NCBI GenBank assembly: GCA_023920165.1
Contig: CP089277.1
Span: forward strand, 1,178,001-1,242,000
Source of the DNA: Curvularia clavata
Lineage: Eukaryota
Direction: 5' to 3'
Length of the DNA stretch: 64,000 nt
Shown here: positions 35,092 through 46,760 of the stretch, piece after piece
How positions within the stretch are numbered: position 1 is the first letter of the stretch
How the letters are laid out: each line of letters opens with the position of its first letter
The notes under the pieces: model-generated
What the model saw: the letters and a program-made list of their open reading frames with translations, nothing else
What the model was told of the DNA's origin: nothing
The model's database searches: none
Translations under genes and position numbers: made by a program

Positions 35092-37862
35092 ATGAGTCCA
35101 AACCGCCGCAGCGACCGCCCCTCCACGCCGGGAGAGTCCTCGAGCAGCCGCCAGGGCGCCTCCGACGGCTTTGTCCCGCGCCGAAATGTAGGACCCGGAT
35201 ACATGACCGTCGGTGGCGGCAACACTACTAGCGATGCCGCCGCCCGCCTCGTCTCGATGCTCGATGAAGACTCTGGATACGGCGGAAGTGTGCAGGATGG
35301 CGAAGGCTCCGGCATGAATTGGCGATCCAACATTGGCGAAGACCGTCCCTCGCCTGTACCCATCCTTTCGGGCGGCTCCGCAAATGCTGAGCACGAGAAA
35401 CAACGCAGCCATGTTCTGCAACTGCGATACAATCAAAACAAGAACGCCCTCGGGCGCGCAATCCACGGCACAATCGAGGCCCTGAAAAGCTTCCAGGAAA
35501 TGAACCTCAAGTGGCCTGCACACTACCCCTCCATCCAAGCCGCAGAGAAGCAGAAAGCGCACGGTCGTAGCGACTCACGACCTGGACTGCACCATACCCA
35601 ATCTGCCATGGGCGATTTCGACCCCAGTTCGCGCTCGCCGGAACGCCCTCGAGGACCACGACGAGCTGGAACCACAATCGGAGATGACCCAGTCGCTGAG
35701 TCTAGCTCAGCCGCCGAGTACAAGCGCAAGGAAGAGCCTCGACTGGTGACGCCCCAGCTTGCTCATGACTTTTCCGTGTTGAAGTTGGAATTGCGCATGG
35801 GTGGCCGAACACAGACAGACTTGGTGCATTCGCTTGAAAAGAACTCTGTCGCCTCTCTTCTGGACGGCCAAATCCAGCAAAGCATAAGACACCTGTTTTC
35901 TCTCAAGGAGCGCATCGAAGACACTTCAAGTAAGGTCCTGGTGACCGGAGACTTGAACGCCGGAAAGTCTACATTCTGCAACGCCTTGCTCCGACGAAAG
36001 GTGCTCCCCGAAGACCAGCAGCCTTGCACAAGCATATTTTGTGAGGTTCTCGACTTCAGAGAGAATGGTGGAGTTGAAGAAGTCCATGCCATTCCTATTG
36101 GATCGACCTACAACCGAAATGACGAGAGCACATACATTGTGTTTGACCTGAAGGACCTTGAAAAGATTGTCATTGACAATGATCATTTCTCCCAGTGCAA
36201 GATCTACGTCAAAGACATCCGTGATGTGGATGAATCCCTGCTGAACAACGGAGTGGTCGACATTGCCCTCATCGATGCACCAGGACTGAACGCCGATTCC
36301 ATCAAGACTACCGCTGTTTTCGCCCGCCAAGAAGAGATTGACGTTGTCGTTTTTGTTGTTTCAGCTGCCAACCACTTTACCGAATCTGCGAAGAACTTTA
36401 TTTTCACTGCGGCCCGCGAGAAAGCATACATGTTCATGGTGGTGAACGGGTTTGATACGATAAGAGATCAGAGACGCTGCCAGGAAATGATTTTGAAGCA
36501 GGTCAACAGCCTCAGCCCCGCAACCTTCAAGGAATCCAGCGAATTAGTCCACTTCGTTTCGAGTAATGCAATCCCCATGGGCGCTGGCGGAGGCCCTCCA
36601 GATGATGATGGCGACGATGACCCATCGAACAAGGGCAAGGGCAAAGAAGCAGAGAAGCTGCGGGATTTTGCCGACCTCGAGGCTTCGCTCAGACGCTTCG
36701 TGCTTGAGAAGAGGGCCAGATCAAAGCTAGCGCCAGCAAAGACTTACCTTCTCAACGTACTGGGAGACATGCACAACCTAGCCACTATCAACCGCGATGT
36801 GTCTCAGAATGAATTGGACCGTATAAAGAAAGAGATGGATGCGCTCGAGCCGGAGTTTGAAGAATCAAAGAAGGCACGAACAGAAGCTGGTGAAGCGGTC
36901 GATCGCATGGTGGAGGACACAACCTCGGAAGTCTACGGGCACACCCGTGATACCCTCAATGACTGTATTGCCAAGGTGGCAGAGCTAGACCTGGGCATCG
37001 AATACCCCGGACTCTTTTCAGCCTACCAGTATGCCGAGGACATTCGCGACTCCATGCTGCACGAGGTTACCGAAAGCGTCCGCCTATGTGAGGAGTACGC
37101 GCGAAACCAGGCTGTGCAGGGCTACAATGGAATCAAGAACCTGGGTGTCTTGCATCTGGGCAACAACCTGTATGCTGATGTCATGTTCCGGCCAGAGCGC
37201 ATGTTCAGGAAGTCTGTGCACGCTTTGGCTAGGCAAGTCGATATCGACATCGATTTGTGGGACTTTTTCGATGTCGCAAGTCTTTGGGAGCGACAAGAGA
37301 AGGCCGCGGGCGCTGGTATGGCCATGACTGTCGCAACTGTGGTCGGAGGCAGACTAGTTGGTGGCGTTGGATGGGTGGATGGTGCTCTTGGTGCTGCCAA
37401 GATCATGGGCACAAGCAACATGCGGAGACTGTTGATCCCAGGTCTCATCGCAGGTGGTAAGTGATATCAGACAAGCCTGATTGATCTAAACTAATCTTCA
37501 CAGTCGCTCTTGGAATATCCTATGTACTCGCATCTGTACCCAAGTCGCTTCCTCATCGGCTCAGCGCCAAACTGTCCCAGCAACTATCGGCAATCGACTA
37601 TACCCACTCCAATGCTCTACGTATCAGCTCTGAGGTCCGTCGCGCACTGAAAGGACCCGCCAACGATGTCCGCATTGGCTTGCAAAGGAACGTCGAGAAG
37701 CTCCAGCTTCAGAAGGAGGAGACAACCAAGGTCAAGGCGGAGACCGAAGTGGCTCGCAAATACTTCGGCAACCTCGTCCGCAGCAGCAACGATCTGCGCC
37801 AGACAGTCCAACGGGTTGACCTAGAGGCTGCGACGCCTGTCATTGGCGGTCAGATGCAGTAG
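35092..37862 (+). CDS. FZO1: Mitofusin GTPase Fzo1, 1 intron (37457-37503)
   Basis: GDLNAGKSTFCNALL, LPEDQQPCT, IDAPGLN, ARQEEIDVVVFVV, RSKLAPAKTYL, C-terminal TM segments. Confidence 0.95.
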
Positions 37863-38237
37863 GTTGATAAATTCATGTCGTTATGTCCCTTGGAAGAATT
37901 ATGGGTCACGCAGACGGAGTGAAAAGGCTCCGAGCATGGAGGCGTTTGCAGGTGTTTAGTCGAGGTCATGAGATTATGATCGCTTTTCTGGTGTACATAC
38001 AAATAACCAATACCCCTCTTGCCCCTTTACCCAAAATCGATAGAATTGCACGTTTGTTATTTGCGGAAACGGTCTTGCTGATAAGTAAAGTGATGCCAAG
38101 CTGCCGTGCGGAGGTGTAGGCAGGAGAACGTCATGCTAGTGTCGTAGGTACACAAACGACTGGCCAACGTCGCCGCCCACCTTGCCATCTGACATCTGCC
38201 ACTTCATGGCGCCCCATACACAAGCAAAGCCACGCCG

Positions 38238-40691
38238 ATGGAAGTAAGAAGGGATCCCCGGTCGTTCCTTTTCTTCATAATTCTCCTTCTACTCATAAAC
38301 TCGCCCGAACCGCAGCAGCCGACGTTCAATGCGCGCACGCGATTTCGGGAACTCATCGATCGCGAATATTACCAGCTCGATCTGTTAAATCGAACGCGAT
38401 ATGGCGACTTCGATGCGAAGCACAACAGGTGGTTGAACTATACTGGGCTGCGGAAGGAAGATGGCTTTGCATGGGAGCTGCTGGAGCCTGTGAGGCAGAA
38501 AGCCAAGTTGCAATCGGAGCAGATACTAGGGGAGAGATGGAAGGCAATGTTGGATGGGCCACTCCAGGAGGGGGAACCTATCATGCCTATATACAAGAAC
38601 CTTTCTGGTTACGTGCAAGGCGAATGGGCGAGGTCGCCTATCAGTCGCATTCGGCATCCCGATGATATGGGCAACGCCTCATCGAACCCCGACAATCCTT
38701 TCGGAAATGCAGGTGAATTCGACAGGAATATCACTGGAGCGGGAGGACCGGTGCGCCTGCATATCACGGAGCTGGAGGACAAGATGCGACGCAATAAGAA
38801 CCAGACTGTATCTGAGATTAGCGCAAAAGTCATCATTGGTGATAAGGACAGCTTTGGCGGGAATTGGTGGGAGTTCGCGGTCCATGGCGTCCATTTCCTG
38901 AAGAGCGGTACCGCTGTCTTGACCACTACCAGCGACCGGTTCGCAGGCATCTTCGCTCTGCCCCATATGCAGATGTCCCCCTATCTGTATGCCACGTCGC
39001 AGGAGTTTCTCAACTGGACCATCCATGAAACGATCGAGCGGCAAGAGAAGCGCACATATGTCTTGTGGAATCCGTGGACGTCTACGGTTGATGGGACGAA
39101 TGAAGGCTTTTTCCAAGGCCGCCATTGTGAGTTTGTGTTTTATCTTCAGGAGTTCCCGAGCCAGTACAACATTGACATGGACTGGCTTGAGCACGAGCTG
39201 AGATATCCGACTGGAGCTCCGATTCCGCGCCAAATGTCTCACACGATGTCTATGGTAGGCTTCTCCCCGGACTGCGGGCTTGTGGTTGAGTCCAAAGGTC
39301 CTCCAAACTTTCCACCTTCGGAAGCTATGCATCTAGTCGGCTCGAAGACGGAGGTGTTCAATGCACGGGCTAGAAACAGCATCATTGCCTTTGCGATTAG
39401 CTTGGCATGCCAGCTCTGGTTCACCATGAAGCAGATGAAAGAAACTGCAACACCGTCGATGCGCAGCCGGGTCAGCTTCTACACTATCGCCATGATGGCT
39501 GTGGGAGATGGCTTCACATTTTTGATACTTATCTTCATGTATCTGTTCCTGGGCACCGCGCAGCTGGCACTCTACAGCATAGCCTTCATAGCACTCTTCT
39601 CCGTGCTCACGCATCTCCGGTTCTTGATGGACATCTGGTCTGTTCAAGCCGCGGAGAGAGCTCGTCAAGAGCGACAACAAGCATCAACAGCTGCAACTCC
39701 AACACCAGCACCAACGCCTGCACCTCGCACTCCCGCACCAGCAGCTCCAACTGAAGAAGGACTACCATTACCAGCCACCGCAGCTCGACCACGTCCGCCC
39801 ACGCCTATTATTATTGCACCAGACCAAGATGATCCTGACGAAGATGTCGACACTACTCCGAACAACACGACTACAGCAGCTGCTAATAATGCTAACGCCA
39901 ATCCCCGGGCCGAGCTTGGAACATTGTACAGCCGCTTCTGCCTGATGTTGATTGTTCTCTTCTTCATTACTATCCAGTTTGCAGCGGCACGCACGACATA
40001 CCGCGCCATCTATTTTGACATTGTCTCGTTTTTGTACCTATCATTCTGGGTACCACAAATCTATCGAAACACGATGCGGAACTGTCGACGAGCATTGCGA
40101 TGGGACTACGTAGTTGGCACTAGTGTGGCACGAATTGCGCCTGTGGCCTATTTCTACATGAGAGAGGACAATGTGCTGTTTGCAACAACGGACTGGAAGG
40201 CCATGGGGGTGTTGGTGGGCTGGGTGTGGATGCAGGTGGTATTGCTCGTAAGCCAGGAGATGCTAGGACCGAGATTCTTTGTCAAGGATGGATGGGCACC
40301 GCCAGCATACGACTACCACCCGATCCTCCGTGAGGACGAAGAGGGGGCTACTATGCCTCTGAACATGACGACGTCAAGCGAGTCACCGACGGCTCTGGAT
40401 GCATCGCCGTCTGGAGGCAGCGCAGAAGGGGAGTCGACCAAGGCATTAGGCGAGTCCAAGTCCAAGGGCAAGAAGGTGTTTGATTGCAGTATCTGCGCCA
40501 ACGATATTGAAGTGCCTGTGGTACCCGCAGGCGGAGATGAGAACAGCATGGGAGGCACGAGTATGATTTTGCAGCGACGGCAGTACATGGTGACGCCGTG
40601 CCGGCATATTTTCCACAGTAGCTGTCTGGAGGGCTGGATGAGGTACCGGCTCATGTGCCCGAATTGCAGAGAGAGTCTGCCACCCTTGTAG
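38238..40691 (+). CDS. TUL1: Transmembrane RING-H2 E3 ligase Tul1/Dsc1
   Basis: Signal peptide, luminal domain with FSPDCG, multiple TMs, SFWVPQIYRN, C-terminal CSIC...YMVTPCRHIFHSSCLEGWM...CPNCR. Confidence 0.93.
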   Translation: MEVRRDPRSFLFFIILLLLINSPEPQQPTFNARTRFRELIDREYYQLDLLNRTRYGDFDAKHNRWLNYTGLRKEDGFAWELLEPVRQKAKLQSEQILGERWKAMLDGPLQEGEPIMPIYKNLSGYVQGEWARSPISRIRHPDDMGNASSNPDNPFGNAGEFDRNITGAGGPVRLHITELEDKMRRNKNQTVSEISAKVIIGDKDSFGGNWWEFAVHGVHFLKSGTAVLTTTSDRFAGIFALPHMQMSPYLYATSQEFLNWTIHETIERQEKRTYVLWNPWTSTVDGTNEGFFQGRHCEFVFYLQEFPSQYNIDMDWLEHELRYPTGAPIPRQMSHTMSMVGFSPDCGLVVESKGPPNFPPSEAMHLVGSKTEVFNARARNSIIAFAISLACQLWFTMKQMKETATPSMRSRVSFYTIAMMAVGDGFTFLILIFMYLFLGTAQLALYSIAFIALFSVLTHLRFLMDIWSVQAAERARQERQQASTAATPTPAPTPAPRTPAPAAPTEEGLPLPATAARPRPPTPIIIAPDQDDPDEDVDTTPNNTTTAAANNANANPRAELGTLYSRFCLMLIVLFFITIQFAAARTTYRAIYFDIVSFLYLSFWVPQIYRNTMRNCRRALRWDYVVGTSVARIAPVAYFYMREDNVLFATTDWKAMGVLVGWVWMQVVLLVSQEMLGPRFFVKDGWAPPAYDYHPILREDEEGATMPLNMTTSSESPTALDASPSGGSAEGESTKALGESKSKGKKVFDCSICANDIEVPVVPAGGDENSMGGTSMILQRRQYMVTPCRHIFHSSCLEGWMRYRLMCPNCRESLPPL

Positions 40692-41332
40692 CCTGGCAAA
40701 CGAATATAGGCATTGACAGGAAATGTTTACAGTAGAAGAGCGGATGAGCACGTGATGTCAGTGTGCGTCGGGGGGTGACGCATGCATCCGCCAGACCGCG
40801 TCAACAGTGGGCTAGCGCGCCGTGTTTAGCGCCCCGGTAAGAGTGGCGTCGCCGCCTTTGCCCTGCCGAAACGCTGCGCTGCGCTATGGTACGGTAACTG
40901 TTATGTACAAGCTCCAGGGGCTTGCCGCGAACTGGCAGCTTAGTCTTCTTATCGCGCGTTGGTTTGTTGGATATACCAACAAGTCGTGTCTTTGGATTGA
41001 ATTGAGGGAGTCGTCGAGGGCAGGCTATTATTAGCCTCGGAACGCCACACTTGGGCCCCTTGAGCTGTGGGTTGGGGCTGGGGCTGGGGCTGAGCTTGTC
41101 CGTGGCCCGCCTTGTGAACCCCGGTATTTGCCATGCATACGCAAACCTCAGCCTCTCCTTCACTCCCTCGAACCCCGCAGCTTATTGTCCTACATGCTAC
41201 ATGCTACGTAGATAACCAGCGTCGCCTGTACTGAAACAATACACCCGGCAGTTAGGCGTCTGTACCAAACTCGCGACTGGTTTCAAGGCTTTCATCTCAA
41301 AGTCCCAATACCACTCCCGGCGTCTGTCCGCC

Positions 41333-43074
41333 ATGGCGGCCAACGAATACTACAACAACGCCAATAATAACAGCAATCTGTACGGGCAGGCGCAGAACAG
41401 AAACGATGCGCCTCTTCCTCCAGTCCCTGGCAACTACGCCCAACCTCCAGTCTCGCCTGTGGGCTCACCTTTCGACGACGACCGGCCCCATCCAGTTCAT
41501 ACACACAGCAGCGGAGCCGTGAGTGGCTATCCCATCGACAATACCCACTCGAATACTTCGTATCAGTCGCCTACCCAGTACAGCTCCACCGCACATCTCA
41601 ACGACCCATATGCGCGACAACCAGACCCATTTGCCGACCAAAACGCAATACCGCTGCAAAACCAAAACAACCGCAACGACGGTGCACCACCGGCGCGATA
41701 CGATGGCGATCCAGAGTATTATGGCATGGGCGTAGAACCAGCGAGGAGAAAGAGCAAAAAGAAGAAGAAGGGCCTGTTTAGCGGGCGGGTGACATGGGTC
41801 GTCTACATTTTAACAACAGTGCAGCTTGCTGTGTTTGTTGGAGAGTTGATTAAAAACGGTGCGTAAACCATGCGACTCCAAGATTTGGCATGGGCTAACG
41901 AAAGACACAGGCATCCTAACTGGTTCTCCCATCCAAACCAAACCCAGCTTCAATATCATGATCGGTCCCTCGCCCTACGTCCTGATCAACATGGGTGCGC
42001 GATTTACTCCCTGTATGCACAACATCAAGAGGGTCATTGAAGCCAACCCTCCAGTCCTAAACTGGCCATGTCCCAACACGACTGTCATTACTCCAGACAC
42101 ACCACAATGCACCTTGGCCGAGCTCTGCGGAATGGGCGGCGGTGTTCCCGACCAGACTGGTGTGACCGACTTCAAAGACAGGAGCCACGAGCCCAACCAG
42201 TGGTGGCGCTTCATTACGCCCATCTTCCTGCACGCCGGAGTCATCCATATTGGCTTCAACATGCTCCTACAGTGGACACTCGGCCGTGACATGGAAAAAG
42301 AAATCGGACCCTTGCGCTTCTCCCTCGTATACTTCTCTGCCGGCATCTTTGGTTTTGTTCTCGGCGGCAACTATGCCCCAGACGGCATCACATCAGTCGG
42401 CTGTTCCGGCTCTCTCTTCGGTGTCCTCGCCCTCACCATGTTGGACCTCCTCTACAACTGGTCCACACGCCGCAGCCCCGTCAAAGACCTTCTCTTCCTC
42501 CTCCTCGACATGGCCATTGCCTTCGTCATCGGTCTCCTCCCCGGTCTCGACAACTTCTCCCACATTGGCGGTTTCCTGATGGGCCTCGTCCTCGGCATCT
42601 GCATCATCCATTCTCCAGAGGCCTTGCGTCGCCGAACCGGCCAAAGCGAACCCCCTTACGCAACAGTCGATACGCAGCCTCTGGCCCCGAAAGCAGAAGG
42701 CCCCACTGCAAAAGTCACAGCCTTTGCTAAACAACCCATTGGCTTCTTCAAGGGACGGAAACCCCTCTGGTGGGTGTGGTGGCTCGTCCGCGCGGGAAGT
42801 CTGGTAGCCGTCTTCATAGGCTTTGTACTGCTACTAAGGAACTTCTATGAGTGGAGGAACACGTGTTCGTGGTGCAAGCATTTGTCTTGTTTGGTAAGTC
42901 TCCTCCCTTCATTCCCTTCCCCCGCCTTGTTGCTAGAAGCTAACGGATTCGAATGAACAGCCTGTTACGGTCAACGGAGTCAATTGGTGCGACATGGGTA
43001 ATTTGAATCTTACAACTAGCTCCAACCCTAACCGGAGGCGTGCGCTTGGTGGTGCTGTCAGCAGTTTCATGTAG
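41333..43074 (+). CDS. Rhomboid-family intramembrane serine protease, 2 introns
   Basis: NQWWRFITPIFLHAGVIHIGFN, VGCSGSLFG (catalytic Ser), DNFSHIGG (catalytic His). Confidence 0.92.
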
Positions 43075-43474
43075 AGAAAAGGCTGTGTGTGGGAAAGCGT
43101 ATGCGACCCGCTTCTCTTGTTGCACGCATGTTTACGTGTTTTGTTTGCAAAAAAAGTATAGCAAGGCAGGCATTGATACCACCATGGCATTGCATGGTTT
43201 TTTCCCTTATCTATGTATTGGGGCTAGGGTTTGGGACTATAAAGTACCAAATGGACATACATGACCTTGTTGCTCTATTGAAAAGAAAAGGGACAGGCTT
43301 GCCGCTGTTTTCCCTCCGTAATTGAACTCACTTGCAATCGAAAATGTTCCCCCTTAATTTTTTTCCACTGCTGAGACTACCATTTGCTTGTGACTTTGTC
43401 CTCCATGTCTTGTTTCCCATAGTCTCACCCCGAAGCCATGGAACTTGCACGGCGATCCTTCTCCACGCACACCC

Positions 43475-44968
43475 TTACCACGTCGACGAAGACTCCGGAG
43501 CACCACCAATCTGCAACGTCTTCGAAGGTGGACCCTTCCAATCAGGAGGCGTGGTAACCGAGTACTCGAGGAAAGTCACGACGGGCGGTTTATAAACCGC
43601 GGTTTGGCCCGTCTTCTCGTTACGCAGGGCAACCGACTTGTCATCCAGATGATCGGGACGAACCTTCTCCTTGACGCTGAGGAAGCCGCCAGAGAGGCGA
43701 TCGAGAAAAATGTTGTAGTCGTCAGCCTCGTTGACTTGGCAGCGGCCACCGACGGCTTGACAGTGCGCGATGAGGGCCGTGGCGCTATTGAAATGCTTAT
43801 GGCACCGAGGGCAGTACATGCGTGGGTTGCGATGGAAGCCGAGAATGTGTTTGACTTGGTCGCCAGCACAGTCGAAGGTTTGTCTGTGTGCGTGTGTTAG
43901 TAAAGAAAGCCGGAAGGGTATGCTGGAGCAAACTTACTCGCAGATAAATGGACAGTAGAACTTTCCGAGAAGAGCATCGTAGAACTTGTCGGGGTTCCAG
44001 TCGGGGCCCATGGGGTCCCAGAAGCGCGTGCGCATGATGTTGATGCCGTGTCCTTGCTCCATGACTTGGTCGTGGGCTGCAAGGGAGAACTCCTTTGGAG
44101 GGGCAGTGGCTTTGGCATTGGGGAACAAAATGACAGCAGACGACTTGCCCTTGCGGCCACTCCAGGCTTTGGACGGGTGGGTACTCGGGGTGGCGGTAGA
44201 AACCAGAGACATGGATCCTTTGACTGTAGCAGCTTCGGACTGGGTGTCGTCTTTGTCTGTGATAGACAGGTTACCCAAGCTCAGTGTAGCCTCACTACCA
44301 CCACCGCTCTTCGCCTTGGCATACTGCGACGGGAGAGGTGGATATGGACCAAACGAGGCTTCTGTGGGAGGTATCTCCGGGGGTGTATCTGGCCTGATGG
44401 CCTCATACTCGATCGATTCCATCTCCGCGCGGTCGCCCAGAGGATCATCAAGTCGTACACCACCCTCTACGTCATCGTCAACAACAGCAGCATGGGATCT
44501 GGAAGTCTTCTGTTTGAACCGTTCCAGTGCCGCGTTGGACTTGAGCAGATCCGTAATGAGATGCTTGTGCACAATATGACCTTGGAACTGGGAAGGCGAG
44601 ATGACCTCGCAGTGACCGTACTCCAGATGCTCGATGAAGAGGGAAGCGCTGGAATAATGCTTGTGGCATCCGATACAGGTAAGCTTCTGGGCGACCTTGT
44701 GTCTGGTGTCAATGTGGCGGTTCAAGCCAGATTGGCTCTTGAACTCGTCGCCGCACACACGGCATGCAAGATTATGCTCTTTTGGGCGTATAATTTTGTG
44801 CATCGTATAGTCTTCGAAAGAGTCAAAGTCTACGTCGCACTTGGGACAGTATTCGTGCTCGTCGGAGTGCTTCTTGTGACTTTTCATCTGCTTCTCTGTA
44901 TCGAAAGACATCATGCAGTCTTTGTATGTGCATTTGACGCGCCGCACTGGCTCCAGTTGGGCCGGCAT
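43475..44968 (-). CDS. C2H2 zinc-finger protein, 1 intron (approx. 43882-43936)
   Basis: Repeated CxxC...H...H units (CTYKDC, CPKC, CRVC, CIGC, CPRC); an upstream splice acceptor suggests a 5' intron. Confidence 0.82.
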
Positions 44969-45390
44969 CTTGATGTCTATTTCTGAGATGATAGTGTCAG
45001 TCTGATTTCTAACGGATAATAGTGGGCTGTATTTGCCTGAGTTGCTTCTGAGTTTTTGATCGTATCGCTGATGAGTTAGTGTGGATCAAGCAGTAGGAGG
45101 TGGAGAGATAATGAGGTTGACCGCGATTGGTCAGGCAGGGGACGTGCGAAGAAGAAGTTTGGATCTGGAAGCACGTGGGACAGGTTTTATGCGAGCACAA
45201 GTGACGGTTAAGTGAGGTGAGGGACACGTGACGCAGGATATGAGGCAAGGACGATGAGTTTCCACGGTTGCAGCCTTGGACTGCAGCAAATTGCTCTCAC
45301 ACAGGCAATTAGCATTGCACAATACTAAGTCTACATGAGAATTACTATAGATTTGATCATAGCAAAAACACGCTTAGTAAATTGAATGAT

Positions 45391-46106
45391 TTAGAATCGC
45401 GAGTATGGTAGCCTAAGTCATTGTTAGCCAGGCACAACAGTGCGCTCATACAAAGCAAACCACATACCACTTGCCCCTCAGGGTAATCTTGGCCCAATCG
45501 CCCTTGTCGTCGGTCTCTTTCTCCACCTTCGTGCTGAACGAGATGGCGCTCATGATGCCGTCGCCAAACTTCTCATGCATGACGGCTTTGTAAGCTTGGC
45601 CGTAGTTCTGCACAATCTCGTAGAGACGATAGATAGTAGGGTCCTTGGGCGGCATGTCAAGGGTGCTGCCACGGTTTGGAAATCCGCCCAGCTGCGACTC
45701 AAGCTTTCCAGCGTCAATCTCGAGAATCTCGGCAAGCTTCTGGACATCTTCAGGTGAAGCCATCGCCTGGCCATAGAAAAGCGCAGCAATTGCAACTTCA
45801 TCACGCCCCACGTGCTTTGCAATCTCTTCAAACGTCAGGTTCTTCTTCTTCTTTGCCTCGAACAGTGTCGGGGATGACGGAGGCAAGCGAGGAATGAGCT
45901 CCTCCTACAAATGTATGAGCATGGCTTGGCATATTTCGAGAACATCCAACGAAACATACATTTAGAGTAGCAACGGGAAGCTTCGCCATAGTGACGGGCG
46001 TCGAATGAAAGCAGCGTGAAGCAGTAAGCGGGACTACAGGTTGGACGGAGATAAAGGCACGAGATGCCAATCTGGCGGAGACGGCAAGACGAGGGGAGAA
46101 GGCCAT
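45391..46106 (-). CDS. CYN1: Cyanate hydratase (cyanase), 2 introns; two in-frame ATGs (46106, 45989)
   Basis: [63 protein letters not shown]. Confidence 0.95.
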
Positions 46107-46760
46107 GATGTATGGACGGGTTAGTGAGTAGGATCAGTGTTAGAGGCGTCGTGTCACGGCGTAGAGAGAAGAGATAGGATGTTCCCGCTGCAGCATACTA
46201 TAGTTGAAGGAGCAGATATACAAGGGTAGTACGTCATCCATCGCAGCGACCATCGTGATTACGCGAACTTGTGGGGTGCATAGATAAGGCAAAACCTCCG
46301 AGATGTAGCGGCTCTTGTCTGTGCTATTTTGTATTGCATGTCCGAGGAGACGTCCTCTTGTCGGAGGACTCTTGCTCGAGATGACGGTTATCGAACAGCG
46401 AAGGGGTGAGGGGTTAAGAGGTTAGTGAGGGGCACAAGTGCGGATACGGATACGCCATCGAATGCATGGACCCGGCTCCCCTGCACCGGCGCTAGCATGA
46501 TGAAGCAATAGGATGTGCAATTGATTGGCCGTTGTCGTGCATTTCAGCTTGTCCATTCAGCTTGTTCCAGCTTGTCCAGCTTATCCACATACGTAGTCGC
46601 CCAGACCCATGCTCACCCTCCCTGCGCTAAGCCTGTGACGCGGGGCTCGTCTGAGCACCTCAACCTCCATCTCTGCCGTTTCGTACAGCATTGGCTACAC
46701 AATCGTTTCCCATATTTCTACTGATTGGCACACTCTACCAGCGCCTGTGGCATCTCCACC

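Noticed and set aside
44048..44986. 312-aa plus-strand ORF over the zinc-finger gene
   Set aside because: Antisense shadow with a non-ATG start and no recognisable domain.
46497..46656. ATGATGA...CTGA, a possible C/D snoRNA, with short CAGCTT repeats
   Set aside because: Boxes about 150 nt apart, no terminal stem or recognisable rRNA antisense element; lies in the PLD promoter/5'UTR.
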